A program made the translations under genes and the position numbers. A DNA stretch of 64,000 nt from the NCBI GenBank assembly GCA_963772365.1, contig CAVYXA010000003.1, forward strand, positions 640,001 to 704,000. Direction: 5' to 3'. Shown here one piece after another: positions 32,026-41,242 of the stretch (within the stretch, counting starts at the first letter, position 1; every line of letters begins with the position of its first letter). The notes below the pieces were generated by a model that saw nothing but the letters and a program-made list of their open reading frames with translations, was not told the DNA's origin and did no database searches. Source of the stretch: an uncultured Verrucomicrobiae bacterium. GTDB taxonomy: Bacteria; Verrucomicrobiota; Verrucomicrobiia; Chthoniobacterales; UBA10450.

Positions 32026-32205
32026 CGCGCAACTTGGGATGGTTTGGCAAGCAAACGAGCTGGAACCCCGCGGTTGGGTGAGATCGGAGGTCAGAGGGGG
32101 GGTGAGGAGAGAAACCGGAGACGCTGATCCGCCTTCATTAGAATTACGGCGCGACGCGCCATGGCGCAGCTTGACTTGCAGATTCCAGCACGAGAAAGTT
32201 TGGGC

Positions 32206-32442
32206 ATGTCGCCGCGGCTCCAGCAGATTGAGGCGGAAGCCCTTCGTTTGCCTCCAGAAGATCGCGAATCTCTTGCGGGTGCCCTTGTTCAGAGCCTGGA
32301 GGATGCTTCGGTAAATGAAATCGATGCCGCATGGATCGAGGAAGCGGAACAACGATATCAGAAATGGCGATCAGGTGAAACGAACGGCATCCAGAGCGAG
32401 AAATTTTTTCCAGAAATCCGGCGCGATCTGGGATGGCGCTGA
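32206..32442 (+). CDS. Putative addiction module antitoxin component
   Basis: EALRLPPEDRESLA...SL...AAWIEEAEQRY; overlaps the toxin start. Confidence 0.85.
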   Translation: MSPRLQQIEAEALRLPPEDRESLAGALVQSLEDASVNEIDAAWIEEAEQRYQKWRSGETNGIQSEKFFPEIRRDLGWR

Positions 32443-32734
32443 TTTACGACCCCGCAGCGCGTGCGGAATTGCTTGAGGCAGCGTCGTATTATGAGGAATG
32501 CAGGACCGGTCTTGGGAAAGCGTTCCTTTCCGCGGTTGAACGCGCTGTGGCCCGGTTATCTAGCAAACCGCTTCGATGGCGCAAGATCGTGGCCGGTTTC
32601 GCCGGTGTCTGGTAAAACAATTTCCTTATGGCATCATCTACGCAGTGGAGGGTGATGACATTTACGTGGCTGCGGTCATGCACCTTAAACGCAAGCCTGG
32701 CTATTGGCGTGAGCGTGGTCGGCGACAGGATTGA
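32433..32734 (+). CDS. RelE/ParE family toxin (frameshift near 32590)
   Basis: AARAELLEAASYYEE...GLGKAF; shifted frame FPYGIIY...IYVAAVMHLKRKPGYW. Confidence 0.85.
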
Positions 32735-32879
32735 CTTGAGCCCTTCTATCACACACGCGACACGTATTTGGAAACAGGGAATGGGGCCGTGTCCAAACTC
32801 CGAAAGGCTTCGCCACGTCTCTGCGGAGTTGAAGACGGAAAAGGCTGTGCCTACGGCCCAAGGGGAGTTGAGAGCGAAT

Positions 32880-33116
32880 TTACGCGGTGATTACCTCGCG
32901 CATCGGGCGGGTGACCGGTGCCCGGAGGTCTTTGCCGGCGGCTTCGAGTTCGTGGATTTCTTCCCGAATTAGCTGACACAATTGCCGGTACGTTTGCTCT
33001 TCATCCGCCCCGTGGCAGACGCCGCCCCACGGGAAGAGATCGGGACAGTAGCCGATGTAATGGCGATCATCATCACTCCATCGAACGAATTTCAGATATT
33101 GATCTTCAGCTTTCAT
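32880..33116 (-). CDS. hicB: HicB-like antitoxin
   Basis: YLKFVRWSDDDRHYIGYCPDL...CHGADEE. Confidence 0.75.
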   Translation of the reverse strand: MKAEDQYLKFVRWSDDDRHYIGYCPDLFPWGGVCHGADEEQTYRQLCQLIREEIHELEAAGKDLRAPVTRPMREVITA

Positions 33117-33193
33117 TGTTTCGAACCCTGGATTGCGGGTCGTACCTGTCGCTCCTGATAAGGAAGCGCGTCGTCGCCACCTTTGCCACTAAG
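33113..33193 (-). pseudogene. C-terminal remnant of a HicA toxin
   Basis: LSGKGGDDALPYQERQVRPAI...* overlapping the hicB start (ATGA); N-terminal part absent. Confidence 0.6.
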
Positions 33194-33240
33194 GAGGCCC
33201 TCCACGGCGGCAAGCCGGGCACTCCCCAGACAAGATCGAT

Positions 33241-33588
33241 CTATTCTTTCTTTTCCTCAGCGGTCGGGCTGGCGCTGCTCATGGGATGACGGCGTTCCCA
33301 GCGTTGGGCCGATTTCTCGTGCATCTTCTTGTGCTGGGCTACCATTTCATTGAGCACCGCAATGACGGCATCGAGTTTTTTCTCGGGCGTAGCGGACGTG
33401 TTCATGTCGATCACGAGTTTGTCGAGCTTTTCGTCCATCGCTTTCATGTCGGCCGACATTTCTTCGTGCATCCCTTTCATCATCTTCATGCCATGCCCGC
33501 GCGGCATGGGCGTTTCATCTTGAGCAAAAACAGGAACGGCCAGCCAGGCGCCGGCCAACAACGCGATCAGAAGTTTTACCATTTTCAT
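33241..33588 (-). CDS. Small secreted Met/His-rich helical protein
   Basis: Signal peptide, then GHGMKMMKGMHEEMSADMKAM...QHKKMH. Confidence 0.7.
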   Translation of the reverse strand: MKMVKLLIALLAGAWLAVPVFAQDETPMPRGHGMKMMKGMHEEMSADMKAMDEKLDKLVIDMNTSATPEKKLDAVIAVLNEMVAQHKKMHEKSAQRWERRHPMSSASPTAEEKKE

Positions 33589-33639
33589 AGAGAGACAATC
33601 AGCCATGGCGCGAATCGTGACAAGATCGAAGAACGCTCG

Positions 33640-33897
33640 TCACAGCATTCGCTGGCGAACTTCTTCTTCGCTCAACCCGTCGATGCGGACCACTTTTGCC
33701 CGTGATTTTTCACCGCGCACGAGAACGATGCAGCGTTTTGGGATTTTCAGTGATTGAGCAAGAAAGTTGCACAGAGCTGCGTTGGCTTTTCCTTCCACCG
33801 CCGGTGCCCGCAACTTGATCTTAATCCCGTCTCCGTGTTCCCCGACGACTTTGTCGAGCTTCGCATTTGGAACGACGCGGATTCGAACAATCGCCAT
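33640..33897 (-). CDS. DUF167 (YggU) family protein
   Basis: VRIRVVPNA, APAVEGKANAAL, GEKSRAKVV. Confidence 0.9.
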   Translation of the reverse strand: MAIVRIRVVPNAKLDKVVGEHGDGIKIKLRAPAVEGKANAALCNFLAQSLKIPKRCIVLVRGEKSRAKVVRIDGLSEEEVRQRML

Positions 33898-33909
33898 TTA
33901 GGTGGGAAT

Positions 33910-34428
33910 CTAGATTTTCGGCGGCTCTTCGCCGAGTTGACGAAAATGTTCCTGTAGAAACATGACATCTTCGATGTCTCTGGCGCGCCCGGTTGGTTTC
34001 TTCGTCCGCCAAAGCAAACTCGGCGACGCGAATGGTATGGGCACTCCCTGTATGTTTCGAACAACGATCTCGTTGGCTGCCTCGCCATACTCGATTCCGC
34101 ATGCAGATTTCATGAGATCGACCATGATCTCGTCCCCCACGCGGACCACTCCGTAATGGGAAACTTCCCCGGGCTTCAACTCGCGGACAGCTTTGTCCGG
34201 TAGAATGTCGAGTGCCTTATAAACCAAGGCTTCGTTTTCCAAAGACGTATCGATCAGTAAATCGAGATCAGCAGTCGTTCTGGCAAAGCCGGCAACGATG
34301 ATGGCAAAGCCACCAATCACAACGTATCTCGCCCCCAATTCGTTTAACTTGCGGCAAAGCGCGACCAGGTCCGCCTCCTCGGGCATTCGTGTCGTCAGCT
34401 CTTCCGCGGGCGCCGGCGGCTCATCCAT
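33910..34428 (-). CDS. Minimal nucleotidyltransferase family protein
   Basis: YVVIGGFA...RTTADLDLLI...KKPTGRARDIED. Confidence 0.82.
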   Translation of the reverse strand: MDEPPAPAEELTTRMPEEADLVALCRKLNELGARYVVIGGFAIIVAGFARTTADLDLLIDTSLENEALVYKALDILPDKAVRELKPGEVSHYGVVRVGDEIMVDLMKSACGIEYGEAANEIVVRNIQGVPIPFASPSLLWRTKKPTGRARDIEDVMFLQEHFRQLGEEPPKI

Positions 34429-34619
34429 TTCAGCAACCATTCATCAGCTTCTCCATGGGTCTTAAAGCGGAACACGCCTTTCGGGCAAATGCCTTCTAGA
34501 TGATCTTGGAGCTGATTTGCGGTGTTCTGCAATTTCATCGCAGTGGCAAAGGCCTCGGCGGCAGACCGGCGGCGTCCCACAGTTTTGCCGATCTTCTCTC
34601 CGACATTAACAGGCTTCAT
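34395..34619 (-). CDS. Small partner of the nucleotidyltransferase
   Basis: Overlaps the NTase start; PKGVFRFKTHGEADEW motif. Confidence 0.6.
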   Translation of the reverse strand: MKPVNVGEKIGKTVGRRRSAAEAFATAMKLQNTANQLQDHLEGICPKGVFRFKTHGEADEWLLKWMSRRRPRKS

Positions 34620-34662
34620 CTCTGTGTGAGGTTCGCATATTTCCGGTTTACCGCCAAGCAGG

Positions 34663-35640
34663 TTAGAGTCCAACCGCCGTGCGGACGCGTTTCATCACCT
34701 GATCGGCAATCGCATTCGCGCGCTCGGCCCCTCTTTCGAGAACATTGTCGATGTATGATTTGTCTGCCAGAATTTCTTCCCGTCGTTTGCGCATCGGCCC
34801 AAAATATTCCCAGAGTTTTTCGAACAGCTCTTTTTTGAAATCGCCGTAGCCCGTGCCGCCTTTTTGAAAGCGCTGTCGCATGCTTTCGATTTCCTCTTTC
34901 GACGCGACCAGCGAATACAACTGAAAAATTGTCGATCTTGTCGGGGACTTGGGCGCTTCGACCGGTGTGGAATCGGTCACGATGCTCATCACCCGTTTTC
35001 GCGTTTCCTTTTCGTCGCCGAAGATGTCGATGTTATTGCCGTAACTTTTGCTCATCTTCTGGCCGTCGATTCCGGGAACGACCTGCGTCGTCGGACTGAT
35101 CCGCGGTTCGGGCAATTTGAAGACCGACCCTTCGGGCGCGAATTGCCCATAAGTTTCGTTAATCTTGGTGGCGAGATCGCGTGTGATCTCGATGTGTTGT
35201 TTCTGGTCCTTGCCGACCGGCACCGCGTCGCTGTCGTAAATCAAAATATCGGCGGCCATTAAAACGGGATAACTGAACAGGCCCACAGTAGGCGCGAGGC
35301 CACGCGCGAGTTTGTCCTTATAAGAATGGGCCCGCTCCAGTAGGCCCATCGGCGCGACGGTGGAAAGGATCCAGCTTAACTCGGTGACCGCTGGCACATC
35401 GGATTGTCGAAACAACGCCGCGCGGTCGGGATCGAGACCGCACGCTAGGAAATCGAGCGCGACGCGCCGGCTGTTTTCCCGGAGGAGATTGGGATCGCGC
35501 ACACTGGTGAGCGCATGATACTCGGCGATGAAATAGAACGTTTCGCCCTCGGACTGAAGCGCAATGGCTGGCCGCATCATGCCGAAATAATTGCCGATGT
35601 GCAGCACGCCGCTTGGTTGAATACCGGATAGAATGCGCAT
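34663..35640 (-). CDS. trpS: Tryptophan--tRNA ligase
   Basis: SGIQPSG, HIGN, YPVLMAADIL, VGKDQKQH, KMSKS. Confidence 0.98.
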   Translation of the reverse strand: MRILSGIQPSGVLHIGNYFGMMRPAIALQSEGETFYFIAEYHALTSVRDPNLLRENSRRVALDFLACGLDPDRAALFRQSDVPAVTELSWILSTVAPMGLLERAHSYKDKLARGLAPTVGLFSYPVLMAADILIYDSDAVPVGKDQKQHIEITRDLATKINETYGQFAPEGSVFKLPEPRISPTTQVVPGIDGQKMSKSYGNNIDIFGDEKETRKRVMSIVTDSTPVEAPKSPTRSTIFQLYSLVASKEEIESMRQRFQKGGTGYGDFKKELFEKLWEYFGPMRKRREEILADKSYIDNVLERGAERANAIADQVMKRVRTAVGL

Positions 35641-35653
35641 GGCCGTCTTATTT

Positions 35654-35736
35654 GTTGTCGTGAGCGAAGGCGAAGGATCTCATTTTAAATTGGCAAAGTA
35701 ATAGTTGGAGATTTCTCGCTCCGCTCGGAATGACAA
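35654..35736. repeat. GTCATCCTGAGCGAAG-type hairpin repeat
   Basis: TGAGCGAAGGCGAAGGATCTC...GAGATTTCTCGCTCCGCTCGGAATGAC. Confidence 0.75.
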
Positions 35737-35806
35737 GCGATGCAGGACCCGCACTGGGTTGAATGCCGAACAAAATCCGCATGGCTCTCTTCCGCTTTGG
35801 CCATTG

Positions 35807-36991
35807 TCATGGCAAGACCAGAGTGATCAGCAGGGTTGCGACAAAAGCAACTGAAAGGACGGCGAGATAAGCGACTCCACCAACCAGGAATTTGAAAACA
35901 GTGAAAAACCAGCCCTGGCGATAAACGCGGCGAATCGAGAAAAAGATTTGCGCGGCGAACGCGATCCAGAAGAACGCGATGATCCATTCGCCGAGCACGC
36001 TCGGGGCAGATCGATTCAAACCCATGGTAGCGGCAACAATCAGCATTACCCCGAGATAGGCGAAACTGTGGATGTGCAGGGCGTAAATCAGATGATCGAT
36101 GTAAAAGATCTTTTTTCGGATGTAGAGGATTTTTAGAACAAACGCAAAAAGTGGAATACAGGCCAGCATCATGTAAGGCAGATTGCTAAAAAGAGTCGTG
36201 ATGAATAGTCCCATTTTTGTTCCGTGTTCGCCCATTTTTTCCTTCGCCCGAGCTTCGAGCCAGCGTTCAAACGGCGTTGTCGATTTTGCATTATCGAAAA
36301 GCATAAATGGCCGTTCTTTGACGGGTCCATAGTCTCGGCGGCTCGATTCGGCGGGTGGAGGTGTTTCGGTAGGCGAAGGCGAAGCAGCAGGGGCAGGCGA
36401 AGCTGGTGCGACTGCAGGAGTTGGTTTGGTGAAATAATCCAGTGCTTCCTGCGCTTTGCGGCGTTGCTCGGCGGAAAGGTTTTCTTTGTCGAGTTTCTTT
36501 TCGATTTCGTTTCGATTTTCTTCGATCGACTTGGCGATCGCCGCCCGGCTTTTTTCCGGGATCTTACCGGGTTCGACGTGTATTCCCTTCACTCCATAGT
36601 TTACGACAAAGAAGAACAGGATACTGGCCAGCAGATAGAGCCGAAGCGGATGCACGTAACGCACCCGGTGCCCGGCGAGAAATTCATTCGTGAGACGCCA
36701 TGGCTTAACGATGAGAAGAGCGATTGTCGCGAAGAACTTCGAATCCCAATTGAGAAATTCGTTGAGCATATCGAAAAGCACGTGCCCGAAGGACCGGCGA
36801 TAATCGATCGCCGGTTGGCCACATTGCGCGCACCAATGCCCGTATAGCTGAGCGCCGCAATTCTCGCAGTGACTCGGCGGCGGTGGCTGCGATTTTCGCC
36901 GACCGAAAAAGCGTCGCTTCTTCGGCGTGTGTCCTTCAACTGCGGAAATGGCCGTATCGCCCAGGACGTATTGTGTGACTTCGTCGGACAC
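35807..36991 (-). CDS. DUF3667 domain membrane protein
   Basis: CENCG...WCAQCGQ, RVRYVHPLRLYL, HLIYALHIHSF. Confidence 0.88.
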   Translation of the reverse strand: MSDEVTQYVLGDTAISAVEGHTPKKRRFFGRRKSQPPPPSHCENCGAQLYGHWCAQCGQPAIDYRRSFGHVLFDMLNEFLNWDSKFFATIALLIVKPWRLTNEFLAGHRVRYVHPLRLYLLASILFFFVVNYGVKGIHVEPGKIPEKSRAAIAKSIEENRNEIEKKLDKENLSAEQRRKAQEALDYFTKPTPAVAPASPAPAASPSPTETPPPAESSRRDYGPVKERPFMLFDNAKSTTPFERWLEARAKEKMGEHGTKMGLFITTLFSNLPYMMLACIPLFAFVLKILYIRKKIFYIDHLIYALHIHSFAYLGVMLIVAATMGLNRSAPSVLGEWIIAFFWIAFAAQIFFSIRRVYRQGWFFTVFKFLVGGVAYLAVLSVAFVATLLITLVLP

Positions 36992-37033
36992 GCGCGGAGC
37001 TTAAGGAAACTGAAGCGGGGCGTCTACGCCGAA

Positions 37034-37246
37034 TCAGTTGCGCAGGAAAAATAGCGCCCCACTGCCGATGACACCGACGGCGAGCATGATCCCGGTGCTC
37101 TCGACGAAATAAGGGTAAATCATCAGAGCCAATCCGCACAGCATCATCCGCCAGAGCTGCATTCGTTTGCCGTAGGCAAAGGCTACAAAGCCGATGGAAC
37201 CGAAGACGAGCCCGCCGATCAGGTTTGCCGCACCGACTTGGAACAT
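37034..37246 (-). CDS. Small membrane protein
   Basis: LVFGSIGFVAFAYGKR...LMIYPYFV; 70 aa, hydrophobic. Confidence 0.7.
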   Translation of the reverse strand: MFQVGAANLIGGLVFGSIGFVAFAYGKRMQLWRMMLCGLALMIYPYFVESTGIMLAVGVIGSGALFFLRN

Positions 37247-37290
37247 GTCGATCTTACCAGCTTAAGACGCGCCAGGGGACGATTGTTCTG

Positions 37291-37433
37291 AGGTGGAACG
37301 CGTTGTCCCAACGCGTTGGTAAAACAAAATCGGCTTCTGCCGCAGAACTTCTTCACGTGTGGTGCACCTGCCTAGAGTTTGCGCCTTCGGCGATTGACTT
37401 ATCATCGTCTCGCCGCGGCGAGCCGATCCACCT
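37291..37433. mobile_element. MITE/REPIN-like element, copy 1
   Basis: Termini AGGTGGA/TCCACCT; ends shared with 39106..39251. Confidence 0.75.
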
Positions 37434-37499
37434 GCTTTGATTTTCGAACAAACTTTGCATTGACCGCGCGAATGGCTTGATGACACGATCTCGTCCGCC

Positions 37500-39107
37500 A
37501 TGGCGTCTCGCCTTTTTAGGACCAAGAGCCCTGATCGATTGATGGCCGAGGCAGCCGCGCCGGAACGCCAAATGAAGCGGGCGCTCTCTGCGTTCGATCT
37601 GACGTGTGTGGGCATCGGCGCAATCATCGGCGCGGGAATTTTCGCGTTGGCTGGAACGGCGGCAGCTGGCGAGCAAATCGAAGCCTCGATCTGGAAAACG
37701 CCGATTCTTAATTTCATCACTTCGTACGTTTCGCACACCGCTCTGGTTTTTGGACGACCGGGCGCAGGTCCTGCGGTAATGCTTTCGTTTGTTGTGGCCG
37801 CAGTCGCCTGCGGATTTGCCGCGCTTTGTTACGCCGAGCTCGCATCGATGATCCCGGTCTCAGGTTCTGCTTACACCTATTCCTACGCGACATTAGGCGA
37901 GATCATCGCCTGGATCATTGGATGGGACCTGATTCTGGAATACGCCGTTGGAAATATGGCTGTGGCAGTCGGTTGGTCCGGCTACTTCGTCCAACTGTGC
38001 GCGAGCCTTTTTGGCTTGAAATTTCCGATCTGGCTCGTGAACGATCATTCCACTGCCTCGGCAATCATCTCGCAGGGTGGTGAGGCTCTGAAGAATTACT
38101 CGTCAACCACTCTTCCTACCCTCGCCGGACACGCTATCGCAGTAAACTTGCCGGCATTGGTAATCGTCGCTGCGGTGACGGTCCTCCTGATTTACGGAAT
38201 TCGGGAGAGCGCACGGACAAACACGGCCATCGTCATCACGAAAGTCGCGGTGGTTGTTTTCGTGATTTCGTTCGGGGCGTTCATGGTTCACCCGGTGAAC
38301 TGGAAACCTTTCATGCCGACTGGAATCAACGGAATGATGAGCGGAGCCGCGATTGTGTTTTTCGCTTTCATCGGGTTCGATGCTGTTTCGACCACGGCTG
38401 AGGAAACGAAAAATCCACAGCGCGATATGCCGATCGGCATCATTGCCAGTCTGATAATCTGTACGCTGCTTTACGTCCTGATGGCTGCCGTGCTGACGGG
38501 AATGCGAAAATACACGACTTATTTCGGCGATTCGGCGGCGGTCGCCACTGCTTTCGCCGGTTTGCCGTGGGCTCAGGCCGTCATCAGCGCGGGCGCGCTG
38601 GCGGGGCTGACTTCGGTGCTGCTCGTCTTTCAGTTAGGCCAACCGCGCATTTTTATGGCCATGGCACGCGATGGATTGCTTCCGGAATATTTCTCCAGAA
38701 TTCATCCGCGCTTCCGGACGCCCTACGTCACGACGATCTGGACGGGCGTTGCTGTTGGTGGCGTGGCCATGCTTACTGATATCGGCTCACTGGCCGATCT
38801 CACCAATATCGGGACGCTTTTTGCCTTCGTGCTTGTTTGCATCGGTGTCATTATGTTGCGCCGCAACGACGCATCCCGGCCGCGACCATTCCGCGTACCG
38901 TTCGTCCCGATCTTTCCAATTCTCGGCGTTCTATTTTGTCTTGTGCTAATGCTAAGCCTGCCTCTGGAAACTTGGATGCGGTTTGTGATCTGGCTGGGAA
39001 TTGGGCTCGTAATTTACTTTTTCTATGGAGTGGCCCACAGCAAGTTGCGACGCGGCGTTGATACCGGTGAGACCGAGGATCAGCCGCCGCCTCTGATCAA
39101 GACTTAG
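37500..39107 (+). CDS. APC-family amino acid permease
   Basis: GIGAIIGAGIF, LCYAELAS, GSAYTYSY, FAFIGFD, EETKNPQR, MARDGLLP. Confidence 0.95.
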   Translation: MASRLFRTKSPDRLMAEAAAPERQMKRALSAFDLTCVGIGAIIGAGIFALAGTAAAGEQIEASIWKTPILNFITSYVSHTALVFGRPGAGPAVMLSFVVAAVACGFAALCYAELASMIPVSGSAYTYSYATLGEIIAWIIGWDLILEYAVGNMAVAVGWSGYFVQLCASLFGLKFPIWLVNDHSTASAIISQGGEALKNYSSTTLPTLAGHAIAVNLPALVIVAAVTVLLIYGIRESARTNTAIVITKVAVVVFVISFGAFMVHPVNWKPFMPTGINGMMSGAAIVFFAFIGFDAVSTTAEETKNPQRDMPIGIIASLIICTLLYVLMAAVLTGMRKYTTYFGDSAAVATAFAGLPWAQAVISAGALAGLTSVLLVFQLGQPRIFMAMARDGLLPEYFSRIHPRFRTPYVTTIWTGVAVGGVAMLTDIGSLADLTNIGTLFAFVLVCIGVIMLRRNDASRPRPFRVPFVPIFPILGVLFCLVLMLSLPLETWMRFVIWLGIGLVIYFFYGVAHSKLRRGVDTGETEDQPPPLIKT

Positions 39108-39251
39108 GTGGAACGCGCTGTCCTCAACGCGTTGGTAAAGCAGATGCGGCTATGGCCACCAAACTCTTTCTCGGGTTTGGCGGCCATTTAAGGGAAACTG
39201 CGCCTTCGACGATTGGGTAACATCGGCTCGCCGCGGCGAGCCGATCCACCT
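39106..39251. mobile_element. MITE/REPIN-like element, copy 2
   Basis: AGGTGGAACGCG...CTCGCCGCGGCGAGCCGATCCACCT; its first bases complete the permease TAG. Confidence 0.75.
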
Positions 39252-39262
39252 TGGACTAATGT

Positions 39263-39709
39263 TTACCCAGCGTGACTGGCTTTATCGTCGGCCTCGAGCC
39301 AGTCGAACGTCGTCGTGTTTGCTGGGTCGAGTCCGAGTTCTTTACAGCTCTCTACGAAATATTCGCGTTTCTCTGGCTCGTTATAGAGGCTCTTCTTTTC
39401 GGCCTCATCACTCCATCGCTTGATTTCATCAGCCGTTTTCTTGTCGCCGTTGGAATCGAGCCATTCCGCCATTTGTTGATCGCTGGCGCCATTCTCGATC
39501 TGCGCTTTGAAATCGGGGCCTTTGACGCCCTTGAAGCCGAATAGCGTATTATCCAGCGGGCAATCGAAGTGGTATTCGCCAATGTTGCCGGCCACCAACG
39601 CCCGGCACTTGTCGATGGTACGGCCTAGAATCGCGTAGCCGCCAATCCGAATCCGTGGACTCCGTGGCGCTTCTTTGGTCAGATCTTTGCCTGTGACATT
39701 CTTATGCAT
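39263..39709 (-). CDS. DUF5069-like protein
   Basis: DLTKEAPRSPR...GGYAILGRTIDKCRA...GEYHFDCPLD. Confidence 0.75.
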   Translation of the reverse strand: MHKNVTGKDLTKEAPRSPRIRIGGYAILGRTIDKCRALVAGNIGEYHFDCPLDNTLFGFKGVKGPDFKAQIENGASDQQMAEWLDSNGDKKTADEIKRWSDEAEKKSLYNEPEKREYFVESCKELGLDPANTTTFDWLEADDKASHAG

Positions 39710-39794
39710 GCGACAACTTAATGCCAATCGAGCGCAACGGCAAAAATAGTTCGGGACCAGACGCAATGGGCAGTCGGGTTTCGAACTATCAGAG

Positions 39795-40247
39795 ATGGAG
39801 CAACAACATGGCCTGGTTTCGACGGTTGCCGAATTGATAGGCACGCTGAGGGATGGCGAACGAGGATATGCCGCAGCCGCCGAAGCGGCCCGGGACCCGC
39901 GTTTTAAATCGCTCTTTGCCGAGTACGCGGGGCAGCGGTCCCGTTTTCTGAAGCAACTCAGCGAGGCCGCTCATCAATCCCGTGGGGAACCGTCTCTTCT
40001 TTACAGCATCGCCGGAGCACTGCATCGCGGCTGGATCACCTTGCGGACGGCTGTCTCTCGCGGAGATGACCGCGCGCTATTGGCCGAGTGTGAACGCGGC
40101 GAGGAATCGGCGCTACATCATTATGAAAAAGCGCTCAAGAATCATCTCTCTTCCTCGATTCGCGATCTCGTCGCGCGCCAATATCAGGAAGTAAAAAGCG
40201 CGCATGATCGTATTCATTACCTGCGCGACCTGGCCAGGGCGGTCTGA
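39795..40247 (+). CDS. PA2169/DUF2383 ferritin-like four-helix protein
   Basis: RDGERGY, GALHRGWI, ECERGEESA...YEKAL, HDRI. Confidence 0.88.
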   Translation: MEQQHGLVSTVAELIGTLRDGERGYAAAAEAARDPRFKSLFAEYAGQRSRFLKQLSEAAHQSRGEPSLLYSIAGALHRGWITLRTAVSRGDDRALLAECERGEESALHHYEKALKNHLSSSIRDLVARQYQEVKSAHDRIHYLRDLARAV

Positions 40248-40394
40248 CCGGCGACGAAACGCCAACGATGCGCTGCGGCGGTCGCAATTTGTTTCGACCT
40301 GTCCTTTTGGCCTAACTGAAACGGCGGTTCCAGTGCGGCTGGGCGCCAGGATTATCGCTATCTGCGGATCGGACAGCCGTTGCGACACATGCCG

Positions 40395-40523
40395 GCCAAG
40401 TCGCGTCTGCTGAATCCGAATCTCCGCATCAGCGAGATTGCTTGCGACGTCGGTTTCCAGTCGCTCACCCAGTTCAATCGGACGTTCAAGCGCGTTTTTG
40501 GCGAATCGCCGAGCGAATTCGCG
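40395..40523 (+). pseudogene. AraC-family HTH remnant
   Basis: AKSRLLNPNLRISEIACDVGFQSLTQFNRTFKRVFGESPSEF with no N-terminal domain. Confidence 0.75.
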
Positions 40524-40608
40524 GGCACATCGTCTCGGCCCGGAGCAAAAGCCGAGCGGCCTGATTGCAGGCCAGCAGCCACATCCGCAGGAATTAAATG
40601 GACAAGAC

Positions 40609-41049
40609 CTAGAATTGTGATCCCGCGCTGCCGGGAGCGATCGCAAAAGGCGCTCCCGTTTGCGCATTGTAAGTCTCGGGATAAAACGGTTCACACCCGA
40701 AACGAATGTCCAGAAGTGCCGAATTGGTAGGCGTGTTTGGGACGACCCAATAAAAAAATCTGGTATTCGGATCCATACACGGCGTGATCTGCAACGTGTA
40801 CGTCCTGCCGCCATCCAGCGACAGCCAAAGCTCGATTTCACAGTAAGACGGCCAATGGATCGGGTTTGGATTCGATGTCTGCCATTCCACTTTGATCCTC
40901 TGCCCAGGATAGAGAACTTGCCCCGCCTTTGGCGAAATCAGTGTTGCGGAAAAACTAGGCGGCGCCGGAGGCAGTGCCATAGTGGCCGAGGGGGCAAAGG
41001 CGAATGCCAGCAAAAATAATGTTACAACAAATCCTGGTAGGGCTTTCAT
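40609..41049 (-). CDS. Small secreted Ig-like beta protein
   Basis: Signal peptide; LISPKAGQVL...KVEW...LSLDGGRTY...WVVPNTPT pattern. Confidence 0.7.
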   Translation of the reverse strand: MKALPGFVVTLFLLAFAFAPSATMALPPAPPSFSATLISPKAGQVLYPGQRIKVEWQTSNPNPIHWPSYCEIELWLSLDGGRTYTLQITPCMDPNTRFFYWVVPNTPTNSALLDIRFGCEPFYPETYNAQTGAPFAIAPGSAGSQF

Positions 41050-41242
41050 TTTTTACTCCTTCTGTTGAATGAAAAAATTGTGGACCCAAGTCGCGATTCT
41101 TCAAGAGATTGTTGCCTTACAATCTTGTAATGATCCCCAGAAGGCGAAAGCAGGAGTGCGAATTTCGGATACCGGACATAGCCGGTCGATCGCTTTTCGC
41201 TTGACCAGGAAAGGTCCGGTTTTGCATTGGTTGTCTGAACCT

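Noticed and set aside
27870..33240. Integron cassette array
   Set aside because: No intI, mixed gene orientation, and no convincing RYYYAAC...GTTRRRY attC folds found by eye
41069..41242. 58-aa N-terminal extension of the gasdermin-like ORF
   Set aside because: It would fill the divergent promoter gap and bury a clean lipoprotein signal; ATG 41243 is the better start
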